From Prorocentrum cordatum (lineage: Eukaryota), in the NCBI GenBank assembly GCA_963575745.1, contig CAUYUJ010000061.1, positions 62,001 through 118,857 on the forward strand: a stretch of 56,857 nucleotides of DNA. The letters are read 5' to 3'. Below are positions 1 through 9,863 of the stretch, piece by piece; the first letter of the stretch is position 1, and each line of letters opens with the position of its first letter. Made by a program: the position numbers and the translations under genes. The notes under the pieces are model-generated. The model ran no database searches. It was given only the letters and a program-made list of their open reading frames with translations, and was not told the origin of the DNA.

Positions 1-671
1 CTACAGTTCTGGTTCTCACATGAATCGATTCGAAGAGATCATGCGCGTCCGTCTGTCGAATCCAGAGCTCGAGACTTGGTCTGCTGCCCGAATTAGGTCT
101 GCGAAACTATTGTATTGTTCGAGTCATCCTGAGAGATGCTCTCGGTTTTCTGTACTTAACTCGGGCTGTAGGGGGGCTCCAGCGCTGGTAATGACAGGAG
201 TCGATTCGCAGACATGAGACGCGTCCGCCTGTCGCATTCAGAGGTCAAATAATATTCACTATAAGTCAGAATGTTGGTAGGTGCTGTCGGTTTTCTCAAC
301 TTAAGTCGAGCTAGGAAGCTCTACGAGTTCCCCGGCGGTAACCTGGTTGAGCAGAGCTTACCTCCTGCTCAGCCTGGCCTCACCGCTGGGGCCCCCCTCG
401 TCTCGAGCTGCATTGTGCAGTAGGGAGTCTTCGGTTCCACATACTGTACACGGTGCTTCAGAGTCTGTTTTGCCTGAGTACCGCGGGTGCACATTTCAGA
501 TTGCTTCTCAGTATTGCTCCAGTGGTGGGGAACTCTCAATACTTTGGGATTGATTCTTGCCAGAGCTTGTCAGTTTTGCTCCTTGTGCACTTTTCTGTGG
601 ACTCTGTTACACGAGTGTTCATTGAGGTTGGCCACAACATACAACTCCGTCGCACGAGTGTCCATTCGAGT

Positions 672-1793
672 ATGGCGCTTCCAATGTCGGGCAGCCGTCG
701 CAAGAGGGAAGACGAGGGGGCTGATGACATGGACGCTGAGAATCAACTAGATGCTGATATCCACGAATTGGCTTTCGACGAAAAGAATCCCATGCAACAA
801 TTCTTCAACATGGGGAAAGCGCAACTGCAGCAGCAAAGAATTACTGACCGCAAGGTGACAGGCATGGTTAATGATATGGCTACCATGCAACGGCGGCAGG
901 ACAGTGCTGAACGACGAATGGCTGAAGGCCAGGCTCAGATGGATCAACGAATGACAGATCTTGAGAAGCAGGTTTTGGAGCTCAAGTCTCATTCTGCTGC
1001 AGGTTCTGGGGTATCCACGGGTGCTACTTCTGGTGGCTTTGGGGGTGAGGCGACTTGGCCAAACGAGGCCAGGCGTCCATTCCGAGCCTTCAATCCAGAG
1101 TGGATCGATTTTCGTGGATGGGTGGTCGACTGGAAGAATCCGATTCGACGGTCAGAACAAATGATTTCAGATCGTGACGTTGGCATTCTCATTCACAACT
1201 TGAAGATGAGCCTCCCAGAGGATGACCGTGCAAAGATTGATGAGCTTGGCACGCTTCGTATGAATGGGAATCGTCCTAACTTCGCAGACTTCCGCATCAA
1301 GTTTACCACTGGTACTGAGTCAGACGTGCTCTGGAGGTGCAAAAAGTTTTGGGATGAAGCTCTGATCCCGCCTGAGGATCGAACTGAGGAGCAAAGGTCT
1401 CGAGCCCGTCCGACGCCACAGGACCTTTTCAAAGACATGGACAACAGACCGTGTGCGGCTGGAGGCTCCATTCGGATCAAGACACAGGCACCGCCATGGA
1501 AAGAAGACCACATCAATGCTGTTGGCAGATTCCATGGTGTTTGGCGCGATACGGTCATTGCGAAGAATCCTGAAACGACAATGAAGATTAAGGGAGTCCC
1601 TGGGAGTGGAAAGGGGGTCAGTGTGATGTGGACCATTCCCCCATGTCTCCGTACCAAAAGAAGCATGGAGCTGGCCAAGTGGAAACAGGATACGGGCACT
1701 TGGACTGTTGATCAGACGGTCTGGAACGAAGTTGTCATGACATACGGCATCGCCACGACCCATAAGGAAATGGAGGATGCACTCGGACAATGA
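672..1793 (+). CDS. LINE-A ORF1 (coiled-coil, putative nucleic-acid chaperone)
   Basis: The frame is open from 453 and the first plausible ATG is at 672. There is a heptad-like segment VTGMVNDMATMQRRQDSAERRMAEGQAQMDQRMTDLEKQVLELK followed by a mixed alpha/beta region. It lies directly 5' of the RT ORF. Function is inferred from position and by analogy to LINE ORF1p. Confidence 0.75.
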   Translation: MALPMSGSRRKREDEGADDMDAENQLDADIHELAFDEKNPMQQFFNMGKAQLQQQRITDRKVTGMVNDMATMQRRQDSAERRMAEGQAQMDQRMTDLEKQVLELKSHSAAGSGVSTGATSGGFGGEATWPNEARRPFRAFNPEWIDFRGWVVDWKNPIRRSEQMISDRDVGILIHNLKMSLPEDDRAKIDELGTLRMNGNRPNFADFRIKFTTGTESDVLWRCKKFWDEALIPPEDRTEEQRSRARPTPQDLFKDMDNRPCAAGGSIRIKTQAPPWKEDHINAVGRFHGVWRDTVIAKNPETTMKIKGVPGSGKGVSVMWTIPPCLRTKRSMELAKWKQDTGTWTVDQTVWNEVVMTYGIATTHKEMEDALGQ

Positions 1794-1817
1794 GGGTGCT
1801 GCGAGAGATCCAGAAGC

Positions 1818-4800
1818 ATGGCTCTCGCTACTCTCGCGGCAGGCACACTCAATGTTGCGAGAGCTGGGCGGCTCGAGTCTCGGGCATACGCTATTCTACG
1901 AGCACTACATGGGGTAGGCTTAAATGTTGTGGCTTTGCAAGAATGTCAAAACGTTGACTTCAATGACACCTTAATTCAGCGTCTGGGGTGGGATGCTGTT
2001 TCAAAAAGTACTTGCATGCGGGCAGTGGTGCTTCTCAAACGTCGCCACCTGCCCCACGTGATATGCTCTTATCAAGCAGATCGAGTTGCGATGATTGTTC
2101 ATCGATCGGGAGTTTGTTTCACTAGCGCTTATTTTGCTGATGCGTCTCATCCAGACGCTCCAGAGATATGCAGACGGATACTGCATGATGTACGCCGCCT
2201 GCATCGACAGGCTCAGGCCAACCATGGCCACCACTTTCGCTTGTTGCTTGCTTGTGATGCCAATGTGGAGCTCACGCCAGAGTTGGAGGTAGATGGGAGG
2301 AGGGTGACGGGACCAGGACTCAGAAGATCGAGGGAGAGGGGACTTGGTCGGAACGGGGCCATTGATTTGGAGGACAGGAGGGCCAAGGAGGTGTGCATGA
2401 GGGACCAGATTGAGGAGTTCTTGGAGGAGGAGGAGCTGGCTGCGATCAACACTTTTGAAGCACGGGTCCCGACCTACTGGCACTTTGGTGAGAGCGAGCC
2501 CACAAAGGTCTTAGATTACATCTTGGCGCCCAGGCAGTGGACAGTAAAAGATCTCTCGTACAGTTGGTTGCAGGACGGGCGCGTGGCACGTTTGAGCGAT
2601 CATGCAGTGATCAAAACCCTGTTGGCCCCAAGGGAACCCCAGGAGATGTACCGACACCAGGTTGTTCGGCCACACGTCACGGCACGCCGGGCATTCGAGT
2701 CCCACAGAGAGGAGTTCTGTTTCAGAGCGTTGGTGAACATTGGTATTGAGGCCACACGCCCTGAGGAGATCGCGAAGTCTTTACATCAGCATGCGTTGCC
2801 TTTGCTCAACCCGCCTTCCTCTGCGCATCGTGCACATGCTAAGTCCAAAGAGCTAGCAGATCTTCAGCATCAGTATCGTGCAGCCCGTGGGAATCGTGAT
2901 GAGAGAAAGCGCCTGAGGGAACTTATGAGGCCCCTGGTCAATGCAGATAGGCGTAGTGAGATCGAGTATACCTTCGCGAACCCTCGCAAAAGCAAGAAAG
3001 TGAATGCCAAGTCTCTGAAGATCGACGGGGAGATGACGGAGGATCGTAAGAGGTGGGTGGAGGAGGGGATGAAGCAGCACAGCTTGAACACGATGACGAG
3101 CGAAGAGGAGAGGATGAGGAACAGCGAGCTGGTATCAGACTTACGACGACGTGCACGAGCAGCTAGGGCACACAGCAGCAGCAGCACGATGCACGACATG
3201 CGCATGCAGCTCACGATGGGGGTGGTGAACGAAGCACGTGCACGATTGAGATCTGGCAAGAGCTGCGGTCCTGATGGGGTCAGCGTGGAGCTCTTGAAGG
3301 CTTTGGCGTGGCGAGCTGTTCGCCAGATCTTCCATGTGTTTCGGGATATCTTTGATGGTCATCGTCGGTCACCTGATTGCTGGAGAGAGGTACTCATCAC
3401 GCTGATGCCCAAGCTTGTGAATCTAGATTCGCTCACACAAACACGCAATATAGTTGTACAGAACACGTTAGGAAAGTGGTACCTCACCTGTGTTACTATC
3501 CTTATCGAGAGGCATGCTGAACAGTACATGGGGCGATTGGGCTTGTATGGATTCGCACAGGATCGGAGGACGTGGGAAGTAGCGGGACCCCTTAAGGCCA
3601 TCTCACAGCATGCGAGCGTATGGGGGAAAGATAGGAAAGCGTTCTTCTGTTCATGTGATATAGCACGAGCCTTCGACCATGTTAAGCTCACTACCTTGGC
3701 ACGCGCGATGCACATGCTTAACATACCAGTACAGCTACAATATGCTATGATCGAGCCCTTAACTGACACGACGGGCACGCTCACGTTCGAGGGCCTGGAG
3801 TTAGGTGGGGTACGATGGGATCGCTCTCTCAGAACGGGGGGTACCGAATCTCCGCTGTGCTTTAACTTGGTGGTGTTGGCCATGTGGGCGGAGGTCATAG
3901 AGCGGTGGGATAACGAACGTATAGGTGTGGAGATCCCGTACAGCAACATGCACGACATGACGCGCGCACATATTTACAATCATGCGATATGGGCAGATAA
4001 CATATATCTCGTGGCCAGTACATCGGCTCAGATGCAGCTGATGATCAACACACTTACTCACGCTTTACGTACATGGGAACTAGAGTGGAAGTCAGATTCA
4101 CTTGAATCGATGGTGGTGGGCGACCGCGATACCACTACTTTCTTTGCTGATATCCAGGGGGTGCAGGTCCCATTCAAGTCAGTCTCTCAGCTGAATGTGT
4201 TGGGAACGGTCGTCTCGCAGCAGTACGGGGGCACGCACGAAGACATACAATTTCGGGTTGAGTGTGCACGACGCGCGTTTTATGGGCAAGCTAAGTATTA
4301 TCGTTGTCGTGCTCTCCCTCTTCGTAAGCGGTATCGACGGTATCAGAGCCTGGTACAGAGTGTATTAGCATACGGTCTGGATACATGTACGCTGGACCCT
4401 GAAGGTGTTCGATTGCTTCATACCTTTGAGGGCAGATGCCTACTGGCCATGCATTGTCGACGGAAGCCTGCGGGACAAAGATGGGAGGTCTGGAAGCCCG
4501 ACATGCTTGACACAGCGAGGGCTTCTTTCTGCTCGCTGGGATTTCCTAGCATCGTCCAGATCGTGGCGTGGAAGAGTTGGAGTGTCGCGCATTCGGTCAG
4601 CACGGTTTATGGCAATTTTGACTTCACAAATCCTGGGCCTCCCCGGTGGAGAGGCCCAGGTTCAGGAGTAAATTGTGAGGATGGGGTCTCGAGCGGCTCC
4701 CAGCACAATGATGGCGTCGACGGCCGACGTGTTGCACGCAAGATTGAGCCACATCCTGATACCACGAGACGTGCATTCGTTGATTCTCGCACGGCACTGC

Positions 4801-5840
4801 TTTGTACACACAAGACTTGGGAAGCGCACCGCATGGCCCTCACAGAATGTCTCCGCTGTCATGGAGATCGTAGGCGCGCCTCTGAAGGAAAACGGCTGCG
4901 TGCTGGAGGGGATAGTGTTGGGCAGCGGACTTGGCAGTACCCGTACATACAGATTCATGGGGATGAATGGTGGGAGACCTTCCGACCAGGATATGCCACA
5001 TTTCTGCAGACATGGGAAGCACTTTTACGCACGTATGGTAGGCCTAAGATATTCGAGTACTTCTGCACGAATTGGAAACATGTACCAGGAGGAGTTGTTG
5101 GGAGAGAATGTAAGGAGGGAACAGGAAGGAACGAGGAGGCGACGGAGGAGGAGAACATGAAGCAAGCAAGACGTTTGGCGATCATCAATGAACGGGAAGC
5201 TGTGTTTGATATTATGTCGAACGGAGTTGGCATTGAGATCAAGGGAGACTCTTTGCTGGTTCAGAGCTGGCTTACGGGGCGTTGGCGTTGTCATAATCGT
5301 GCATATCGTGAGCGTGTACACAGGTGTGTCAACGACATGTACGCACTTAGCTTATCACACCGAGCACGGGCATCGAACGTTGGGCGAGACATATTTGTAC
5401 ATGAATTTCGTGAAGCAAACACCCGAGCAGACGAACTTACTCATTTGGCCAGAGATGGCCACACATTTCATCATAACTATTGCCATCGATATCCTTTCGA
5501 ACGAGACTCTTTAAAGGTAGTCGCCTGTCGTGGAGGGTACGACGGGGGAGTGTGCAGCAAGGGCAGTGCGTGCGGTTACTGGATGCAGATTGGCTATCTC
5601 AACATGTCTTCGCGGGCGTCTCGGCATGGAGTGTATTCTACACGATACTCCCCTTACCCGACCTCTTCTTCTCTACATTATCATGCTGACACACCGTTGA
5701 TTTGGAGAGACGCTGCTGCTGCTGCTTGGTTGGAGCCAGGCGCCACGATCACCGAATGTGAGTTGTCCGCTGCCGAAGCATTGACACGTGCCATACGCAT
5801 ACAGCTTCAGCAATTTGATGACAGCGATTTTGCTTCTTGA
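1818..5840 (+). CDS. LINE-A ORF2: APE endonuclease - reverse transcriptase - permuted RNase H (1340 aa, intact)
   Basis: APE motifs: GTLNV, ALQEC, CDANV, VLDYIL, LSDHA. RT motifs: KSCGPDGV, YGFAQDR, DIARAFDHV, RTGGTESPLCF, WADN (3990-4001), VLGT. RNase H motifs: GDS (5244), REANTRAD (5409-5432), YDGG (5538), TECEL (5751). Confidence 0.95.
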   Translation: MALATLAAGTLNVARAGRLESRAYAILRALHGVGLNVVALQECQNVDFNDTLIQRLGWDAVSKSTCMRAVVLLKRRHLPHVICSYQADRVAMIVHRSGVCFTSAYFADASHPDAPEICRRILHDVRRLHRQAQANHGHHFRLLLACDANVELTPELEVDGRRVTGPGLRRSRERGLGRNGAIDLEDRRAKEVCMRDQIEEFLEEEELAAINTFEARVPTYWHFGESEPTKVLDYILAPRQWTVKDLSYSWLQDGRVARLSDHAVIKTLLAPREPQEMYRHQVVRPHVTARRAFESHREEFCFRALVNIGIEATRPEEIAKSLHQHALPLLNPPSSAHRAHAKSKELADLQHQYRAARGNRDERKRLRELMRPLVNADRRSEIEYTFANPRKSKKVNAKSLKIDGEMTEDRKRWVEEGMKQHSLNTMTSEEERMRNSELVSDLRRRARAARAHSSSSTMHDMRMQLTMGVVNEARARLRSGKSCGPDGVSVELLKALAWRAVRQIFHVFRDIFDGHRRSPDCWREVLITLMPKLVNLDSLTQTRNIVVQNTLGKWYLTCVTILIERHAEQYMGRLGLYGFAQDRRTWEVAGPLKAISQHASVWGKDRKAFFCSCDIARAFDHVKLTTLARAMHMLNIPVQLQYAMIEPLTDTTGTLTFEGLELGGVRWDRSLRTGGTESPLCFNLVVLAMWAEVIERWDNERIGVEIPYSNMHDMTRAHIYNHAIWADNIYLVASTSAQMQLMINTLTHALRTWELEWKSDSLESMVVGDRDTTTFFADIQGVQVPFKSVSQLNVLGTVVSQQYGGTHEDIQFRVECARRAFYGQAKYYRCRALPLRKRYRRYQSLVQSVLAYGLDTCTLDPEGVRLLHTFEGRCLLAMHCRRKPAGQRWEVWKPDMLDTARASFCSLGFPSIVQIVAWKSWSVAHSVSTVYGNFDFTNPGPPRWRGPGSGVNCEDGVSSGSQHNDGVDGRRVARKIEPHPDTTRRAFVDSRTALLCTHKTWEAHRMALTECLRCHGDRRRASEGKRLRAGGDSVGQRTWQYPYIQIHGDEWWETFRPGYATFLQTWEALLRTYGRPKIFEYFCTNWKHVPGGVVGRECKEGTGRNEEATEEENMKQARRLAIINEREAVFDIMSNGVGIEIKGDSLLVQSWLTGRWRCHNRAYRERVHRCVNDMYALSLSHRARASNVGRDIFVHEFREANTRADELTHLARDGHTFHHNYCHRYPFERDSLKVVACRGGYDGGVCSKGSACGYWMQIGYLNMSSRASRHGVYSTRYSPYPTSSSLHYHADTPLIWRDAAAAAWLEPGATITECELSAAEALTRAIRIQLQQFDDSDFAS

Positions 5841-6663
5841 GGGTGTGTTATCCCTCCGCCCTCCTGGGCTCGGGAATCATTTTCAAGATTAGCCAAGTTA
5901 CATGACACCTCAGCCCGCCTCCGTGGGTAGGTGCTCGTTTCACTGCTGCTCAAATGCCTAGCTGCGTAGCTGACACGGGCTGCGCTGAAGACCAGCGCCT
6001 CGCCAGCCCGCGTAAACACAAAAACCAAGGTTGACGGTTTACCGCCGGCGCCCAGTAAGAGTAATTCGAAAACGCTGGCAGGCTAGTTGGCTCGAAAAAT
6101 CTCGACTGAACTTTTCACAACTTTGGCTCGGTTGAAAATTATGTTCTCGAAATTCAACAATTCGTTAGAGCTCTAGTATTTTTTCCCGTGATATTCGATC
6201 TTATTCCCGCTCGCCATCTTGATCTCAGCTCGATCGGGTGGGTATTACTATCGAAAAGCGTCATGGCGGGATCGGCCGTTCCGAGTCATTTTGTCACGCG
6301 CTGTCGGTTTTCTCAAGATAACTCGGGCTTCAGGACAGCTACAGAGCTAGTAAGCACATCTGATCGATCCAGAATGATCAGGCGCGTTCGCCTGTTGAAC
6401 CCAGAGGTCTGAACTCGGTCTGCTAGCCGAGCCAGGTCCGCAAACCTATTCGTATTATTCGAGTAATCTCGACAGACGCTCTCGGTTTTCTGTACTTAAC
6501 TCGAGCTACAGGACAGCTACAGAGCTGATGCGTACAGAATCTGATTCAGCATCATCAGTGGCCGTTCTCTGTTGAATCCAGACCTCTGAACTCGGTCTGC
6601 TGCCCGATCTAGAATCGCGAAACTATTCGTATTGTTCGAGTCATCTTGAGAGATGCTGTCAGT

Positions 6664-7724
6664 AACTCGTAGAGTTTCCCTTAGCAAGTCATTGCTGGAC
6701 GCTTAAGAGTAATTCCGGGGCGCTGGAGAGCTAGTTGGCAAGAAAAATCTCGACGGACCTTTTGGTGACTTTGGGTCGGTTGAAAATTTTGTTCTCGAAA
6801 TTCAACAATTCGTTTGAGCTCTAATTTTTTTCCCGTGATATTCGATCTTATCCCCGCTCGCCATCTTCATCTCAGCTCGATCGGGTGCCTTTTACTGCCA
6901 AAAAGCACTCCGGCGGGATCGGCCGTTTCGAGTCATCTTGATACGCGCTGTCGGTTTCTCAAGATCCCTCGAGCTTCAGGACAGCTCCAGAGCTGGTAAG
7001 CACAGCTAATCGATCCACAGTGATTAGGCGCGTTCGCCTGTTGAATCGAGAGGTCTGAACTCGGTCTGCTAGCCGAGCTAGATCTGCAAACCTATTCGTA
7101 TTATTCGAGTCATCGTAGCAGACGCTCTCAGTTTCCTGCACTTAACTCGAGCTGTAGGGCAGTTACAGAGCTCATGGTCACAGAAATCGATTGGGAATCA
7201 TCAGGCGCGTTCGTATGTTCTATCGCTAGCTCTGAACTCGGCCTCCTGCCCTAGCTAGGTCCGCGAAACTATTCGTATTGCTCGAGTCATCTTGAGAAGT
7301 GTAACTCGTGCTGGGGGAGGCTACAGTGCTGCTGGTCACAGATATCGATTTGGAGACATCAGGCGCGTCCGTCTGTCGAACCGAGAGCTCGGAACTCGGT
7401 CTGCTGCTCGAACTAGCTCCGCGAAACTATTGTATTCTTCAAGTCATCCTGAGAGCTGCTGTCGGTTTCTGCACTTAACTCGGGCTGTAGGGGGGCTGCA
7501 GGGCTGGTAATCACAGGAGTCGATTCACAGACATCAGACGCGTCCGCCTGTCGCATTCAGAGGTCTAAACTCGGTTTGACACTGTTCGTTTTTTTGCCAG
7601 AGTCATCTTGAGAGGTCTGGCGGGCTGAAATTATCTGGATTTTTTTCCACATTATATACTGTCAGGAAGCTCTACGAGTCCCCCGGCGGTAACAAAGGTT
7701 GACGGTTTACCGCCGGCGCCCAGT
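6664..7724 (+). mobile_element. Complete family-A Helentron-like copy nested in another copy
   Basis: The 5' subTIR is ACTCGTAGAGTTTCC (6665-6679) and the 3' subTIR is GGAAGCTCTACGAGT (7665-7679). The hairpin spans 7683-7716. Removing the copy restores the host repeat GATGCTGTC.GT|TTTCTGCACTTAAC. Confidence 0.8.
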
Positions 7725-9614
7725 TTTCTGCACTTAACTCGGGCTGTGTGGGGGGGGGCTGCATGGCTGGTAATCATTGGAATCGATTTGGAGACATCAG
7801 GGGCGTCCGCCTGTCGAATCGAGAGCTCTGAACTCCGTCTGCTGCCCGAACTAAGTCCGCAGAACTATTCGTATTGTTCGAGTCATCCTGAGGGCTGCTG
7901 TGGGTTTCCTGCACTTAGCTCGGGCTGTAGGGGGGCTGCAGGGCTGGTAATCACAGGAATCGATTCAGAGACATCAAACGTGTATGCAGGGGTCTGAACT
8001 GGGTCTGATACTCAAGCTAGGTTTGCCAAACTATTCGTATTGTTCGAGTCATCTTGAGAAGTGCTGTCGATTCACGCACGTAACTCGGGCTGTAGGAGAG
8101 CTACAGAGCCTGTACAGAACACAATCCAGAAGCATCGGGGGCGTTCGGCTGTTGCATCCGAGAGGTCTGCAATTGCTTGGGCTGAAAGTTTATTTTTTCT
8201 GTGTAATATTTTCCGACATTACATGTTGTCAGGAAGCTCTACGAGTCCCCCGGCGGTAACAAAGGTTGACGGTTTACCGCCGGCGCCCAGTTGGCCCAGC
8301 CGGCCGAGGCGGACGATGTGGCAACTTTTGGGTGGTTTTGCAATTTTTTTGAAAGATATTTGACAGTTCATTTTGAGAAAGCAGATTTTTACTCCGAGCA
8401 TTGAGATATAAACTTTGTTCCCTGAGCAGCTCAGCCCTCTAGAGTCATTTTCAGTACCAGTTCATTTGGAGGAACCGACTTCATGTTGACTCCGAAAAAT
8501 CTCAACTTGAAGTTTTTCTAGAAAAGCTCCCAGAAGCTCCCGCTTTGATGCTGAGCTTTCTCACGGATGCAAGGAGCTCTACGAGGTTCCCGGCGGTGAC
8601 CAGATTGACGGTTCACCGCCGGCGCCAGTTCCGGGGCGCTGGAGATCTAGTTGGCAAGAAAAATCTCGACGGACCTTTTGCTGACTTTTGGTCGGTTGAA
8701 AATTTTGTTCTCGAAATTCAACAATTCGTTTGAGCTCTAATATTTTTCCCGTGATATTCGATCCTATTCCCGATCGCCATCTTGATCTCAGCTCGATCGG
8801 GTACCTTTTACTGCCAAAAAGCACTCCGGCGGGATCGGCCGTTTCGAGTCATCTTGATACGCGCTGTCGGTTTTCTGAAGATAACTCGAGCTTCAGGACA
8901 GCTACAGAGCTGGTAAGCACAGCTAATCGATTTAGAATGATTAGGCGCGTTTGCCTGTTGAATCCAGAGGTCTCAACTCGGTCTGCTAGCCGAGCTAGGT
9001 CCGCAAACCTATTCGTATTATTCGAGTCATCGTAGCAGGCGCTCTCGGTTTGCTGTACTTAACTCGAGCTGTAGGGCAGTTACAGAGCTCATAGTCACAG
9101 AAATCGATCGGGAATTATCGGGCGCGTTCGGCTGTTCAATCGAAAGCTCTGAACTCGGCCTGCTGCCCGAGCTAGGTCCGCGAAGCTATTCGCATTGTTC
9201 GAGTTATCTTGAGAAGTGCTCGCGGTTTTCTGCACCTGGTCACAGAAATCGATTTGGAAACATCAGGCGCGTCCGTCTGTCGAACCGAGAGCTCGAAACT
9301 CGGTCTGCTGCTCGAACTAGCTCCGCGAAACTATTGTATTATTCAAGTCATCCTGAGAGCTGCTGTCGGTTTCTGCACTTAACTCGGGCTGTAGCGGGGC
9401 TGCAGGGCTGGTAATTCCAGGAGTCGATTCACAGACGTTAGACGCGTCCGCCTGTCGCATTCAGAGGTCTGAACTCGGTTTGACACTCGAGCTGGGTTCC
9501 AAACTGTTCGTTTTTTTGCCAGAGTCATCTTGAGAGGTCTGGCTTGGGCTGAAATTCTCTTGAATTTCTTTCCACATTATATACTGTCAGGAAGCTCTAC
9601 GAGTCCCCGGCGGT

Positions 9615-9642
9615 AACAAAGGTTGACGGTTTACCGCCGGCG
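9615..9642 (+). repeat. 28-bp target-site duplication of LINE-B (left copy; right copy 14239-14266)
   Basis: AACAAAGGTTGACGGTTTACCGCCGGCG is identical at both ends of LINE-B. The first A's overlap the A-rich tail, so the exact length is +/-2. Confidence 0.9.
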
Positions 9643-9659
9643 AGAGGTGAGATGGGTGA

Positions 9660-9845
9660 GATGGTCCTCCTGTCAGCTATGTGTGGGGCTACCCTTCGGC
9701 CACGACGCCGAAGACGGATGGAGTATGCATTGCCGTGTTTGATCCTAACTTGGGGTGGAAGGTTGACGCCGAGCTGCTGCGTAAGGTCGATGACAAGTTG
9801 GATTGCGAGGTCTTTCTGGCCAAGCTCAACTTTCGTACCTGGTGA
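9660..9845 (+). pseudogene. 3' remnant of LINE-B ORF1 (not in the ORF track)
   Basis: Translates as DGPPVSYVWGYPSATTPKTDGVCIAVFDPNLGWKVDAELLRK...RTW*. By eye this aligns with the LINE-A ORF1 C-terminus GKGVSVMWTIPPCLRTKRSMELAKWKQDTGTWTVD. It is in the same frame as ORF2. Confidence 0.6.
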
Positions 9846-9863
9846 AGGTGCCATGGCGCCATC

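Larger units (their letters stand above)
351..6022 (+). mobile_element. LINE-A: apparently full-length non-LTR retrotransposon (5'UTR, ORF1, ORF2 APE-RT-RNase H, 3'UTR, A-rich tail) inserted in the hairpin loop
   Basis: The left flank is the left half of the hairpin motif (314-350, ...GGCGGTAACCTGGTTGA). The right flank resumes AACCAAGGTTGACGGTTTACCGCCGGCGCCCAGT (6023-6056). GGTTGA is duplicated exactly (345-350 / 6029-6034). It has two intact long ORFs and the tail AAACACAAAAA. Confidence 0.92.
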
